11,739 nt of DNA. Source: Candidatus Izemoplasmatales bacterium. GTDB lineage: Bacteria > Bacillota_I > Bacilli_A > Izemoplasmatales > Hujiaoplasmataceae. The translations under genes were made by a program, and so were the position numbers. Below, piece after piece: positions 1 through 8,601 of the stretch. Under the pieces are notes generated by a model. The model had not been told where the DNA came from and did no database searches. It worked only from the letters and a program-made list of their open reading frames with translations. Position 1 is the stretch's first letter; each line of letters opens with the position of its first letter. The stretch covers positions 7,351 to 19,089 of the forward strand of contig JBFXGX010000027.1 of assembly GCA_050177605.1 (NCBI GenBank). The letters run 5' to 3'.

Positions 1-162
1 TTCACAAAAGCCGCGTTAGGAGCAGAGGGAATTAAAAAAGAGTGCAAGATGATTATTGGTAATGGATATACGAAAGGCCATGATCAACTTACATTAGATT
101 TATTAAGAGAGTCACCGATTTTATATGAAATCTTCAACGCAAGATACGGAAAGGATTCTTAA
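1..162 (+). CDS. kdd: L-erythro-3,5-diaminohexanoate dehydrogenase, C-terminal fragment (gene begins before the window)
   Basis: Not in the ORF track. Frame 1 reads FTKAALGAEGIKKECKMIIGNGYTKGHDQLTLDLLRESPILYEIFNARYGKDS*, with TAA at 160-162. FTKAALGAEG...MIIGNGYTKGH is the recognisable Kdd C-terminus, and kdd normally precedes kamA. Confidence 0.9.
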   Translation, partial: FTKAALGAEGIKKECKMIIGNGYTKGHDQLTLDLLRESPILYEIFNARYGKDS

Positions 163-163
163 T

Positions 164-1429
164 ATGAAGCTAGACCTAAATACAGCCTATATTGAAAGAA
201 GAAAAACTTATTTTCCATCAATTAGTGAAGAACAATGGAATGATTGGCACTGGCAAGTGAAAAACAGAATTACATCGGTTGAAGAATTAGCTAAATATAT
301 CCCTGTCAGTGACGAAGAAAAAACACAAATTAATCAGGTATTAAAAAAGTTTAAGATGGCTATCACTCCTTACTATTTAACCCTAATCGACCCAAAAGAT
401 CCTTTCTGCCCAATTCGGGCACAGGCGATCCCTGGTGTTGAAGAACTACATACAGGAGTTCATGATATGCTTGACCCTTTAGCGGAAGATACCGATTCTC
501 CCGTCAAAGGATTGACACATCGTTATCCTGATCGAGTCCTCTTTTTAATCACGGATATGTGTAGTATGTATTGTAGACATTGTACAAGAAGAAGATTTGC
601 TGGACAAACAGATCAACAATCTCCACTTTCAGAGATTAATCAAGGTATTGAATATATTCGAAATACACCTCAAGTTAGAGATGTATTATTATCTGGTGGC
701 GACGCTCTTTTACTTAACAATCAATTATTAGAATATATCATTTCAGAACTTCGAAAAATTGATCATGTAGAAATTATTCGATTAGGCACAAGAACTCCTG
801 TTGTTATGCCTCAAAGAATAACTAAAGAACTTGTCGAGATGTTAAAAAAATACCATCCTATTTGGGTCAATACCCACTTCAATCATTATGATGAAATCAC
901 CCCTGAAAGTAAAAAGGCGATTGATTTATTAGCGGACGCAGGCATTCCTTTAGGAAATCAAAGCGTTTTATTAAGAGGTGTGAATGATTGTATTCATGTG
1001 ATGAAAAAACTTGTGACAAGGCTCGCTCAAATACGTGTTCGTCCTTATTATTTATATCAATGTGATTTATCACTTGGGATTGAACATTTCCGTACACCAA
1101 TTTCAAAAGGTATCGAAATCATTGAAGGGCTACGCGGTCATGTAAGTGGATATTGTGTTCCAACTTATGTGGTTGATGCACCTGGTGGCGGAGGAAAAAT
1201 TCCTCTAAGTCCAAATTACATTGTTTCGATGTCACCGAATAAAATGGTCTTAAGAAATTATGAAGGTGTAATTACTAGTTATAGTGAGCCAGACCATTAT
1301 GAGAACGTCTGCCATTGTGACGATTGTAATCAAGAACATTATGGTGGTGTCGCTTCTTTATTATCAGGAGACAATTTATCAATTGAACCTGCTGGGCTAG
1401 AAAGAAGAACAAGAAGATTAAAACCTTAG
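164..1429 (+). CDS. kamA: L-lysine 2,3-aminomutase (radical SAM, PLP), 421 aa
   Basis: CSMYCRHC radical SAM motif, WNDWHWQ, GLTHRYPDR, LLSGGD, YQCD, VVDAPGGGGKIP (PLP lysine) and a C-terminal CHCDDC Zn-type motif. Start moved from 125 to ATG 164 because it lies 1 nt after the kdd stop, with AAAGGA at 150-155. Confidence 0.96.
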   Translation: MKLDLNTAYIERRKTYFPSISEEQWNDWHWQVKNRITSVEELAKYIPVSDEEKTQINQVLKKFKMAITPYYLTLIDPKDPFCPIRAQAIPGVEELHTGVHDMLDPLAEDTDSPVKGLTHRYPDRVLFLITDMCSMYCRHCTRRRFAGQTDQQSPLSEINQGIEYIRNTPQVRDVLLSGGDALLLNNQLLEYIISELRKIDHVEIIRLGTRTPVVMPQRITKELVEMLKKYHPIWVNTHFNHYDEITPESKKAIDLLADAGIPLGNQSVLLRGVNDCIHVMKKLVTRLAQIRVRPYYLYQCDLSLGIEHFRTPISKGIEIIEGLRGHVSGYCVPTYVVDAPGGGGKIPLSPNYIVSMSPNKMVLRNYEGVITSYSEPDHYENVCHCDDCNQEHYGGVASLLSGDNLSIEPAGLERRTRRLKP

Positions 1430-2418
1430 CAGATTGTATCCGTAACAAAAAAATTATCAGTATTATTGGAAATGCTAAAAATGCAGGAAAAACCACGGTG
1501 CTAAACGCAATGATTCCTACACTTCAAAATCAAAAAATATTGATTACTTCAGTAGGACTTGATGGAGAAAAAATTGATCAGATTACTTCGCTAGAAAAAC
1601 CTGAGATTATGGTTTTCCCTGGTATGTATGTTTTAACTGCTCTAGATACCTTAGAGATGATCTCTGGAAGTTATGAAGTTTTGAGATATCTTCCGCTTTC
1701 TTCACCACTAGGGAAAATGGTTTTAGTACGCATCTTGGAGAAATCTCTTTGCTTAGTAGGTGGCCCGTCTACAAACAAGGAGATGCTTGAAGCTTTGCAA
1801 TTTATTGATGATTTTGGGTTTCAACAAATTCTTATTGACGGTGCATTTTCTAGAAAAGCTAATGCGGTGATATCGGACGCAATCATCTATGTTGTAGGGT
1901 CTAGTTATCATATCGATCCAGCGAAAGTAATAGAAGATGCGCTCATCGATATCGATTTTTTCACGCTTGCGAAAAGTTCACTGGAAGACAATCCTTCGTT
2001 TAACGATGAATTGATTCAAGTGATTGATTCTCATCATCATTTAACAACATACACTGTATCGTCAACGTTAGAAATAGATCACTTTTTCCTCTCATTGCCT
2101 GAAGATATCGTCGAGATTTATTTACCAAAAGCATTGACGACATCCTTTGCGATAGGATGGATGAAGGAAAGACAAAAAAGACCGCTAGGACTTGTATTAA
2201 AAGACCCTTTTAAAATTCAAGTGACTCGTAATATTTTTAATAAACTTCATCTCTATAAAGAGGATATTCGTTATCTTCATCAGGTAGAAGTGATAGCGGT
2301 CTGTGTGAATCCCTATTCTGTTTATCAAAGAGACATGACTCATTACGATTTAAAATATGAACTACAAAGATATTTAAAGATACCAGTATTTAATGTTAAA
2401 GAGGACAGTTATGAATAA
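1417..2418 (+). CDS. kamB: KamB-like P-loop protein, putative subunit of the lysine 5,6-aminomutase reactivating factor (start uncertain)
   Basis: The frame is open from 1387. Upstream of the ORF-track GTG (1498) it encodes IISIIGNAKNAGKTTV, with a Walker A-like motif at 1468-1497. It also has ITSVGLDGE, GGPS and LIDGAFSRK motifs, and sits between kamA and kamD. The ATT start at 1417 is inferred. Confidence 0.8.
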   Translation: MKTLADCIRNKKIISIIGNAKNAGKTTVLNAMIPTLQNQKILITSVGLDGEKIDQITSLEKPEIMVFPGMYVLTALDTLEMISGSYEVLRYLPLSSPLGKMVLVRILEKSLCLVGGPSTNKEMLEALQFIDDFGFQQILIDGAFSRKANAVISDAIIYVVGSSYHIDPAKVIEDALIDIDFFTLAKSSLEDNPSFNDELIQVIDSHHHLTTYTVSSTLEIDHFFLSLPEDIVEIYLPKALTTSFAIGWMKERQKRPLGLVLKDPFKIQVTRNIFNKLHLYKEDIRYLHQVEVIAVCVNPYSVYQRDMTHYDLKYELQRYLKIPVFNVKEDSYE

Positions 2419-3961
2419 ACTCAATTTAAATCAAGAACAAATAAACGATTCAAGATTACTTGCCAAAAAAATATCTGATCAGGTTTTCGATTTTACAAGT
2501 CAATATTCTACATTAAGCGTCGAAAGATCCGTATTGAGGATGATTGGGATTGATGGTGTCAATTCGATTGGAGAACCTCTTCCAAATCAAATGGTTGACG
2601 AAATCAAAGAACAAGGGGATATCACTTTAGGTGTTTCGCTTTATCTAGCGAGTGCTTTAGTGTATTATCACCTTTCTTTAAGTGATTTCATCAAAGGATA
2701 TCTTGAAGGAACTTGCTCACTTACCAATATTCCACTTGTTACTATAAAAGAAGCAAAAGAAGTCTTAAAAGGCTACTTAAATAAAACATTCGATATCATC
2801 TCCCATCAAAAAGAAATCCGCCAAAATCATCAATCTGAAAAGGACCATGCAGATTATTATGTGATTGTTGCTACTGGAAATATCTACGAAGATGTTATCC
2901 AAGCAAAGGCTGCTGCGAGAGCTGGTGCTGATATCATCGCAGTGATTCGTTCAACAGGGCAGTCTTTGTTAGATTATGTTCCGTACGGTGCAACGACTGA
3001 AGGATTTGGCGGGACATACGCAACGCAAGAAAACTTCAGAATAATGAGAAAAGCTCTCGATGAGGTTGGGAATGAACTACATCGATATATTAAACTAGTG
3101 AATTATGCATCTGGGTTATGTATGCCCGAAATCGCCACAATGGCTGCGATTGAAAGGCTAGATATTTTACTAAATGATAGTATGTATGGGATTATCTTTC
3201 GAGATATCAATATGCAACGAACTTTGATTGATCAACATTTCTCTCGAATGATTAATGCCTATGCCAATATCATCATCAATACAGGCGAAGATAACTATTT
3301 AACAACAAGTGATGCCTTTACCGAAGCGCATACTGTTTTAGCAAGCCAATTCATTAATGAGGCTTTTGCTTATAAAGCGCATTTAAAACCAGAACTTATG
3401 GGCTTAGGACATGCGTATGAAATTGATCCGATGATTGAAAATAGTTTCTTGTATGAAATTGCTCAAGCAGAAATGGCTAGAACGATTTTTCCACAAGCTC
3501 CACTAAAGTATATGCCACCTACAAAACATATTACAGGGAATATTTTTAGAGCCTACGAACAAAACACACTATTTAACATTGCGACGCATTTTACTGGTCA
3601 ATCCATCCATCTTTTAGGGATGATGACCGAAGCGATTCACACTCCGTTTCTTAGTGATCGATATTACGCTATTGAAAATGCAAAAATGGTGAATCAAGCG
3701 ATGAAGTCTATACGAGAAGAACTTGTTTTTAAAGAAGATGGGCTTGTTCGAAACAGAGCTAATAAAATCGTTTCAGAAGCACATCGGTTACTAGAGTCGA
3801 TTGAAAAAGATGGATTGTTCCTTTCTTTGGAAAAAGGTGTTTTTGCAGGGACTAAAAGGCAATTTGATGGTGGAAAGGGATTAACAGGTGTATTTAAAAA
3901 AGGGACCAATTATTTTAATTTGGTCGCAGATGCATTGGAGGAATACTTTCATGAAAATTAG
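2411..3961 (+). CDS. kamD: Lysine 5,6-aminomutase alpha subunit, 516 aa
   Basis: YVIVATGNIYEDV, GADIIAVIRSTGQSLLDYVPYGATTEGFGGTYATQENFR, NYASGLCMPEIA, INTGEDNY, KYMPPTK, GMMTEAIHTP. Start set at ATG 2411 (GAGGA at 2401-2405; 8-nt overlap with the kamB stop). Confidence 0.96.
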   Translation: MNKLNLNQEQINDSRLLAKKISDQVFDFTSQYSTLSVERSVLRMIGIDGVNSIGEPLPNQMVDEIKEQGDITLGVSLYLASALVYYHLSLSDFIKGYLEGTCSLTNIPLVTIKEAKEVLKGYLNKTFDIISHQKEIRQNHQSEKDHADYYVIVATGNIYEDVIQAKAAARAGADIIAVIRSTGQSLLDYVPYGATTEGFGGTYATQENFRIMRKALDEVGNELHRYIKLVNYASGLCMPEIATMAAIERLDILLNDSMYGIIFRDINMQRTLIDQHFSRMINAYANIIINTGEDNYLTTSDAFTEAHTVLASQFINEAFAYKAHLKPELMGLGHAYEIDPMIENSFLYEIAQAEMARTIFPQAPLKYMPPTKHITGNIFRAYEQNTLFNIATHFTGQSIHLLGMMTEAIHTPFLSDRYYAIENAKMVNQAMKSIREELVFKEDGLVRNRANKIVSEAHRLLESIEKDGLFLSLEKGVFAGTKRQFDGGKGLTGVFKKGTNYFNLVADALEEYFHEN

Positions 3962-4682
3962 ACCCTATGGAGATACATCATCTGATGGAAAAGTTCAAGT
4001 TAGTTTTACCTTACCTTTAGTTCTTTCTGAATACGCAAATGAAGCTGCGATTCTTTATGCAAAAAAAATGGGGATGATTGATCCTTCAATTGTACATAGT
4101 GAAGATATCAAGGAAGGTTATACCTTTTTTATTGTTTATGGTGTAATGAAACATGAAATTGATTCTAGTGAAATCAAAGTCAGTGAGACTCCTCAAGAAG
4201 TTCATTCAAAAGATGAAGTTGAAGAGTTGATTGCAAATCATTTTGATCGTCATTTGGTATTTGTAGGAGCATCCACGGGAAGTGATGCTCATACGGTTGG
4301 AATAGACGCGATTATGAATATGAAAGGATTTGCTGGTCATTATGGCTTGGAAAGATATAAAGGAATCGATGCCTATAATCTTGGAAGTCAAGTGGATAAT
4401 GAGGATTTCATCAGATTCGCTAAAAAAGTCCATGCGGATGTACTGCTTGTCAGTCAAACCGTTACTCAAAAAGATGTACATATCAAAAACCTAATCGAAC
4501 TTGTTGAATTACTTGAAGCTGAAAATATGAGAAGTGATGTTATACTAGTAGTAGGTGGAGCGCGTATCACGATGAGCCTTGCAAAAGAGCTCGGATATGA
4601 TGCTGGTTTCGGGCCTAAAAAATACGCTGAAGATGTTGCTTTCTTTGCAGTTCAAAGACTCATTGAAAAACATTCTTCATAA
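3951..4682 (+). CDS. kamE: Lysine 5,6-aminomutase beta subunit (B12-binding, carries the PLP lysine), 243 aa
   Basis: RPYGD...DGKVQVSFTLP N-terminus; DAHTVG (DxHxxG cobalamin motif) followed by IMNMKG (PLP lysine); GLERY; LVSQTVTQ. Start set at ATG 3951 (GGAGGA at 3937-3942; 11-nt overlap with kamD). Confidence 0.96.
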   Translation: MKIRPYGDTSSDGKVQVSFTLPLVLSEYANEAAILYAKKMGMIDPSIVHSEDIKEGYTFFIVYGVMKHEIDSSEIKVSETPQEVHSKDEVEELIANHFDRHLVFVGASTGSDAHTVGIDAIMNMKGFAGHYGLERYKGIDAYNLGSQVDNEDFIRFAKKVHADVLLVSQTVTQKDVHIKNLIELVELLEAENMRSDVILVVGGARITMSLAKELGYDAGFGPKKYAEDVAFFAVQRLIEKHSS

Positions 4683-4691
4683 GGAGAAAAT

Positions 4692-5222
4692 ATGCCAATC
4701 ACGAAAACGAGTCAGATATCATCTAAAAAAGGTGACCAAGGGTCTTCTTATAATTTTGTGAACGAATCATTTTCGAAAGATCACATTTTATTTGAAGTTC
4801 TCGGCACAACGGATGAGTTATCATCTTATTTAGGTCTTACATATCATTTTCAAAAAGATGAATTCATTCAAGTAATTCAAAAAACATTACAAGATATTAA
4901 TTCGCTTATCGCAACCAATCCAGAACATATCTTATATTCAAAACTAAGAAAAATCCAAGAAGACGAGATTGTTTTGCTTGAAACTAGAATGGAAGAGATG
5001 TTAGTACAGCATCCTCTTGAACCAAAATTTGCTTTGCCAGGAAGTGATACTTCATTGCCTGGAGCTTATATGGATATCTCCAGAGCAGTAGCGAGAAAAG
5101 CAGAGCGTCTTTTAGTTCATTTCATTAAAACAGAGCATCGCGAAGACTTAGCAATGTGTTTGAAATATATGAATCGATTAAGCGATTTTTTATTTGTTTA
5201 TGCTCGTTTTTTAAGTCAATAA
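4692..5222 (+). CDS. pduO: PduO-type ATP:cob(I)alamin adenosyltransferase, 176 aa
   Basis: KKGDQGSS (variant of TxxGDxGxT), GTTDELSS, FALPG, RAVARKAER, YMNRLSDFLF. Shine-Dalgarno AAGGAG overlaps the kamE stop. Confidence 0.9.
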   Translation: MPITKTSQISSKKGDQGSSYNFVNESFSKDHILFEVLGTTDELSSYLGLTYHFQKDEFIQVIQKTLQDINSLIATNPEHILYSKLRKIQEDEIVLLETRMEEMLVQHPLEPKFALPGSDTSLPGAYMDISRAVARKAERLLVHFIKTEHREDLAMCLKYMNRLSDFLFVYARFLSQ

Positions 5223-5263
5223 TCAAAGATTATCATATAAATAAAAGTCGTGTTATTTAACCT

Positions 5264-5292
5264 TTGAAACTTATACTTTGGTGTGTTATAAT
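5264..5292 (+). promoter_or_regulatory. Sigma-A/sigma-70 promoter for the glm-mal-cit operon
   Basis: TTGAAA (5264-5269), 17-nt spacer, TATAAT (5287-5292), with extended -10 TGTG at 5282-5285. It lies in the only substantial intergenic gap of the window. Confidence 0.8.
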
Positions 5293-5297
5293 GGTTG

Positions 5298-5313
5298 TGT
5301 AAAAACGCTTACA
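5298..5313. promoter_or_regulatory. Palindromic operator-like site over the predicted transcription start (cre/LacI-like or Rex-like)
   Basis: TGTAA-AAACGC-TTACA. Positions 5300-5313 (TAAAAACGCTTACA) have one mismatch to the cre consensus TGWAANCGNTNWCA. Confidence 0.55.
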
Positions 5314-5330
5314 AAACTAAGGAGATTACT

Positions 5331-5735
5331 TTGAAATCAATCGTTATTGGTGTGATCGGCGCAGACGTTCATGCTGTAGGGAACAAAATTATTGAATACA
5401 CATTAGAGAATGCTGGATATAACGTAGTTAATATCGGTGTTCTTTCATCACAAGAAGATTTTATAAATGCCGCAATCGAAACAGATGCATCCCTTATTTT
5501 AGTATCTAGTTTATACGGTCATGGCGAGCTTGATTGCCGTGGGATGAGGGAAAAATGTATTGAAGCAGGAATTGGAGATATACTATTATACGTTGGAGGA
5601 AATATTGTTGTTGGTAAACAAGACTTCAACGAGGTAGATGCTCGCTTTAAATCAATGGGATTCAATCGTGTTTATCCACCTGGAACACCTATTGATTTAG
5701 CATTAAGCGATATTCGTCAAGATTTAGGAGAGTAA
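5331..5735 (+). CDS. glmS: Glutamate (methylaspartate) mutase S subunit, B12-binding, 134 aa (also called mutS/mamA)
   Basis: [17 protein letters not shown] (DxHxxG), [23 protein letters not shown]. Start set at TTG 5331 behind AAGGAG (5319-5324). The ORF-track start at 5295 falls at or before the predicted transcription start. Confidence 0.95.
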   Translation: MKSIVIGVIGADVHAVGNKIIEYTLENAGYNVVNIGVLSSQEDFINAAIETDASLILVSSLYGHGELDCRGMREKCIEAGIGDILLYVGGNIVVGKQDFNEVDARFKSMGFNRVYPPGTPIDLALSDIRQDLGE

Positions 5736-5736
5736 A

Positions 5737-7122
5737 ATGAGTCATTACTTGCTGATTGATTTTGGATCTACTTTTACCAAACTAACTGCCGTAGATACGG
5801 CACTAGAAGACATTATTGGTGTTTCTCACCATTTTACTACGGTTGAGGAAGATATTACGATAGGATACCATAATGCCTTAATTAGACTCTATGACAAAAT
5901 TGGAAAAGTAATAAAGTTTGATCAAGTTATTGCCTGTTCATCGGCAGCTGGCGGCCTTAAAATGGCCGCTATTGGTCTAGTTGAGGACCTTACTGTCGAA
6001 GCTGCGAAGAGAGTCTGTTTAGGCGCTGGGGCAAAAGTTGATCTTATTTTTTCGCATCATTTAACAAAACGAGAAGTGAAGCAAATTATTGATCAAAAAA
6101 TCGACATCATTTTATTAGCGGGTGGCGCTGACGGTGGTAATCAAGAAAGTGTTTTGTTTAACGCTAAAATATTAGGTGAAGCGGGTATAAAAATACCAAT
6201 TATTTATGCTGGTAATAAATCTTGCCAAGATGATATTGAAGATATCTTTAAACAGTATGAAATGAATTATGATATCTGTGATAATGTGATGCCCAAGATT
6301 AATGTTCTTAACGTAAAATGTGCGAGAGATAAAATCAGAGAAATATTCTTGAAAAACATTATTGAAGCCAAAGGCATCAAAAAAATCGAGAATGAGATTG
6401 ATGAAGTGATGTTGCCAACGCCAGAAGCAGTTTTAATGGCCTCTGAATTATTATCCAAAGGATACTTTACAGAACAGGGAATTGGAGATATTGTCGTCGT
6501 GGATATCGGCGGAGCGACAACTGACCTATATTCGATGTGTAATGCATCAAATAGGAGCGATGTCGTATTGCATGGTCTAGAAGAGCCTTTTGCTAAGAGA
6601 ACGGTTGAAGGTGACTTGGGAATGCGATATAGCGCTCCTGGAATTATCAAATCACTAACCAAGGAAGAAATCGCATTCTTAAATAAAGAGAAAAATGTTG
6701 ATATCGAAGAAGAAGTTGCCTATCGATATCAAAATGTTGCTTCTTTACCAGAAAATCCTCATGATGAATTTATCGATCAATTGTTAGGTGAAATGTGTGC
6801 TTATCGTGCAATGCATAGACATGTTGGTCGGGTAGAAGAAGTCTTTACACCAATGGGATTAATCTATAATCAAATCGGGAAAGATTTAAGCGAAGTAGAA
6901 TATGTGATTGGTACTGGTGGCGTTTTAGTTCATGCTAAAAATCCAATTTCCATCTTATCAAAAACAACAAATATATTACATAATCACCAAGAGTTAAGAC
7001 CGTTGCACCCAAAATATTTGCTTGATGAGTCTTATATTATGGCAGCAATGGGATTGTTGAGTCAAAAAGAACCACTACTTGCTTTGAAATTACTTAAAAA
7101 ACATCTGAAATCAATTCAGTAA
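5737..7122 (+). CDS. glmL: Glutamate mutase L protein (GlmL/MutL-type, actin-like ATPase, putative reactivase), 461 aa
   Basis: LIDFGSTFTK, ACSSAAGGL, LAGGADGG, YAGN, PTP, VDIGGATTD, KRTVEGDLGMR, IGTGG. It sits between the S and E subunit genes. Confidence 0.93.
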   Translation: MSHYLLIDFGSTFTKLTAVDTALEDIIGVSHHFTTVEEDITIGYHNALIRLYDKIGKVIKFDQVIACSSAAGGLKMAAIGLVEDLTVEAAKRVCLGAGAKVDLIFSHHLTKREVKQIIDQKIDIILLAGGADGGNQESVLFNAKILGEAGIKIPIIYAGNKSCQDDIEDIFKQYEMNYDICDNVMPKINVLNVKCARDKIREIFLKNIIEAKGIKKIENEIDEVMLPTPEAVLMASELLSKGYFTEQGIGDIVVVDIGGATTDLYSMCNASNRSDVVLHGLEEPFAKRTVEGDLGMRYSAPGIIKSLTKEEIAFLNKEKNVDIEEEVAYRYQNVASLPENPHDEFIDQLLGEMCAYRAMHRHVGRVEEVFTPMGLIYNQIGKDLSEVEYVIGTGGVLVHAKNPISILSKTTNILHNHQELRPLHPKYLLDESYIMAAMGLLSQKEPLLALKLLKKHLKSIQ

Positions 7123-7137
7123 AAAAAAGGATAAATT

Positions 7138-8592
7138 ATGGAACTATCAAATAAAAAAATACCACTAGAAGTATTTTTAGAAGAAAGAAAAAAAGTCTTA
7201 ACCGATTGGATTACAGGAGAACACCCTGACTTAGATTTAGAAAAATCAGTTGCTTATTTAAAACAAGTGCCAACGCATAAGAATTTCGCAGATGTTCTCG
7301 TCCGCGCGAAAATAAATGGAGTAACATTAATACAACCAAGAGCTGGTGTTCCGGTTTTAGAAGAACATATTAAATTATTAAAGCATCTTGAAAGTTCTGG
7401 AGCGGACTGTCTTCCTTCCACGATTGATAGTTATACAAGACAAAATAGATATAAAGAAGCAGAAAAAGGTTTAAATGAAAGTAAAGAAATTAAACGCGCA
7501 TTGCTCAATGGATTTCCAGCAGTGAATCACGGTGTAGATGGATGCAAAGCAGTTTATGAAGCAGTTGGTGTACCACTCCAGGCAAGACATGGAACACCAG
7601 ATGCAAGACTATTAACGGAGATTATTTTTGCTTCCGGCTGGACAAGTAATGAAGGCGGTGGAATATCATATAATATTCCGTATGCAAAAAATGTTCCGCT
7701 AGAAACATCAATTAGAAACTGGCAGTATTGCGATCGCCTCGTAGGATATTATGAGGAACAAGGTATTCATATCAACAGAGAACCATTTGGGCCACTAACT
7801 GGAACACTTGTTCCACCTTCAATTTCAAATACAATCGCGATTTGTGAAGCGTTACTTGCTGCGGAACAAGGTGTCAAAAATATTACCGTAGGGTATGGAA
7901 TGGGCGGAAACCTTGTTCAAGATGTTGCCGCAATAAAAACTTTACATAAACAAACAGAAGAATATTTAAGTAAATTTGGATATAACGACGTCATCGTATC
8001 AACAGTTTTTCATCAATGGATGGGTGGATTCCCGGAAAACGAAGCGGAAGCTAGTGCACTTATTGCTTTAAGTTCGACGGTTGCTGCTTTATCAAAAGCA
8101 ACAAAAATGATTACGAAATCTCCACAAGAATCCATTGGTATTCCAACGATGGAAGCAAATGGATTTGGTGTAAAAGAATCGAAATATGTTGTTAAGTTAT
8201 TAAAGGATCAAATAATGGTAGACTCAACAAAACTAGATGAAGAAATGGCACATATAGAACAAGAAGTCAGTGAACTTATGGATTGTATTTATCGTGTTGG
8301 CGAAGGAGATTTAGCGAAAGGTATTGTACGCGCTTTTGCTGGAGGTTTCATCGATGTTCCATTTGCTCCATCAAAATATAATATGGGAAAAATACTGCCT
8401 GCTCGAGATTTAGAAGGGAATATTCGAATCCTCGAATTTGGAAATCTATGTTTCAGCGAAGACATAAAATCATATCATAGAAATAAGATAGAAGAACGCG
8501 CAAAAGCGCAAAACCGAGAGATTTCCTTTCAACTTACTGTAGACGATGTTTACGCTGTAAGCAAAGGAAAACTAGTCGGTAATCGTTCCTAG
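7138..8592 (+). CDS. glmE: Glutamate (methylaspartate) mutase E subunit, 484 aa (also called mutE/mamB)
   Basis: [70 protein letters not shown]. The substrate-binding arginines and catalytic glutamate are present. Confidence 0.97.
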   Translation: MELSNKKIPLEVFLEERKKVLTDWITGEHPDLDLEKSVAYLKQVPTHKNFADVLVRAKINGVTLIQPRAGVPVLEEHIKLLKHLESSGADCLPSTIDSYTRQNRYKEAEKGLNESKEIKRALLNGFPAVNHGVDGCKAVYEAVGVPLQARHGTPDARLLTEIIFASGWTSNEGGGISYNIPYAKNVPLETSIRNWQYCDRLVGYYEEQGIHINREPFGPLTGTLVPPSISNTIAICEALLAAEQGVKNITVGYGMGGNLVQDVAAIKTLHKQTEEYLSKFGYNDVIVSTVFHQWMGGFPENEAEASALIALSSTVAALSKATKMITKSPQESIGIPTMEANGFGVKESKYVVKLLKDQIMVDSTKLDEEMAHIEQEVSELMDCIYRVGEGDLAKGIVRAFAGGFIDVPFAPSKYNMGKILPARDLEGNIRILEFGNLCFSEDIKSYHRNKIEERAKAQNREISFQLTVDDVYAVSKGKLVGNRS

Positions 8593-8601
8593 GAGAATAG
8601 C

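Noticed and set aside
164..1429. The KamA homologue being a glutamate 2,3-aminomutase or EpmB
   Set aside because: It keeps the lysine-binding aspartates (YQCD, VVDAPG) and the Zn-type cysteines, and it lies between kdd and kamDE.
125..5330. ORF-track starts at 125, 1498, 2393, 3888 and 5295
   Set aside because: Starts at 164, 2411, 3951 and 5331 have well-spaced Shine-Dalgarno sequences and fit the family N-termini. The 1498 start removes the P-loop.
5223..5330. Cobalamin riboswitch or small RNA in the intergenic gap
   Set aside because: The gap is only 108 nt, mostly explained by promoter, operator and RBS, and no B12-box or GC-rich structure is visible.
5331..7122. DNA mismatch repair mutS/mutL or glucosamine synthase glmS
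   Set aside because: These are name clashes only; the motifs are those of glutamate mutase components.
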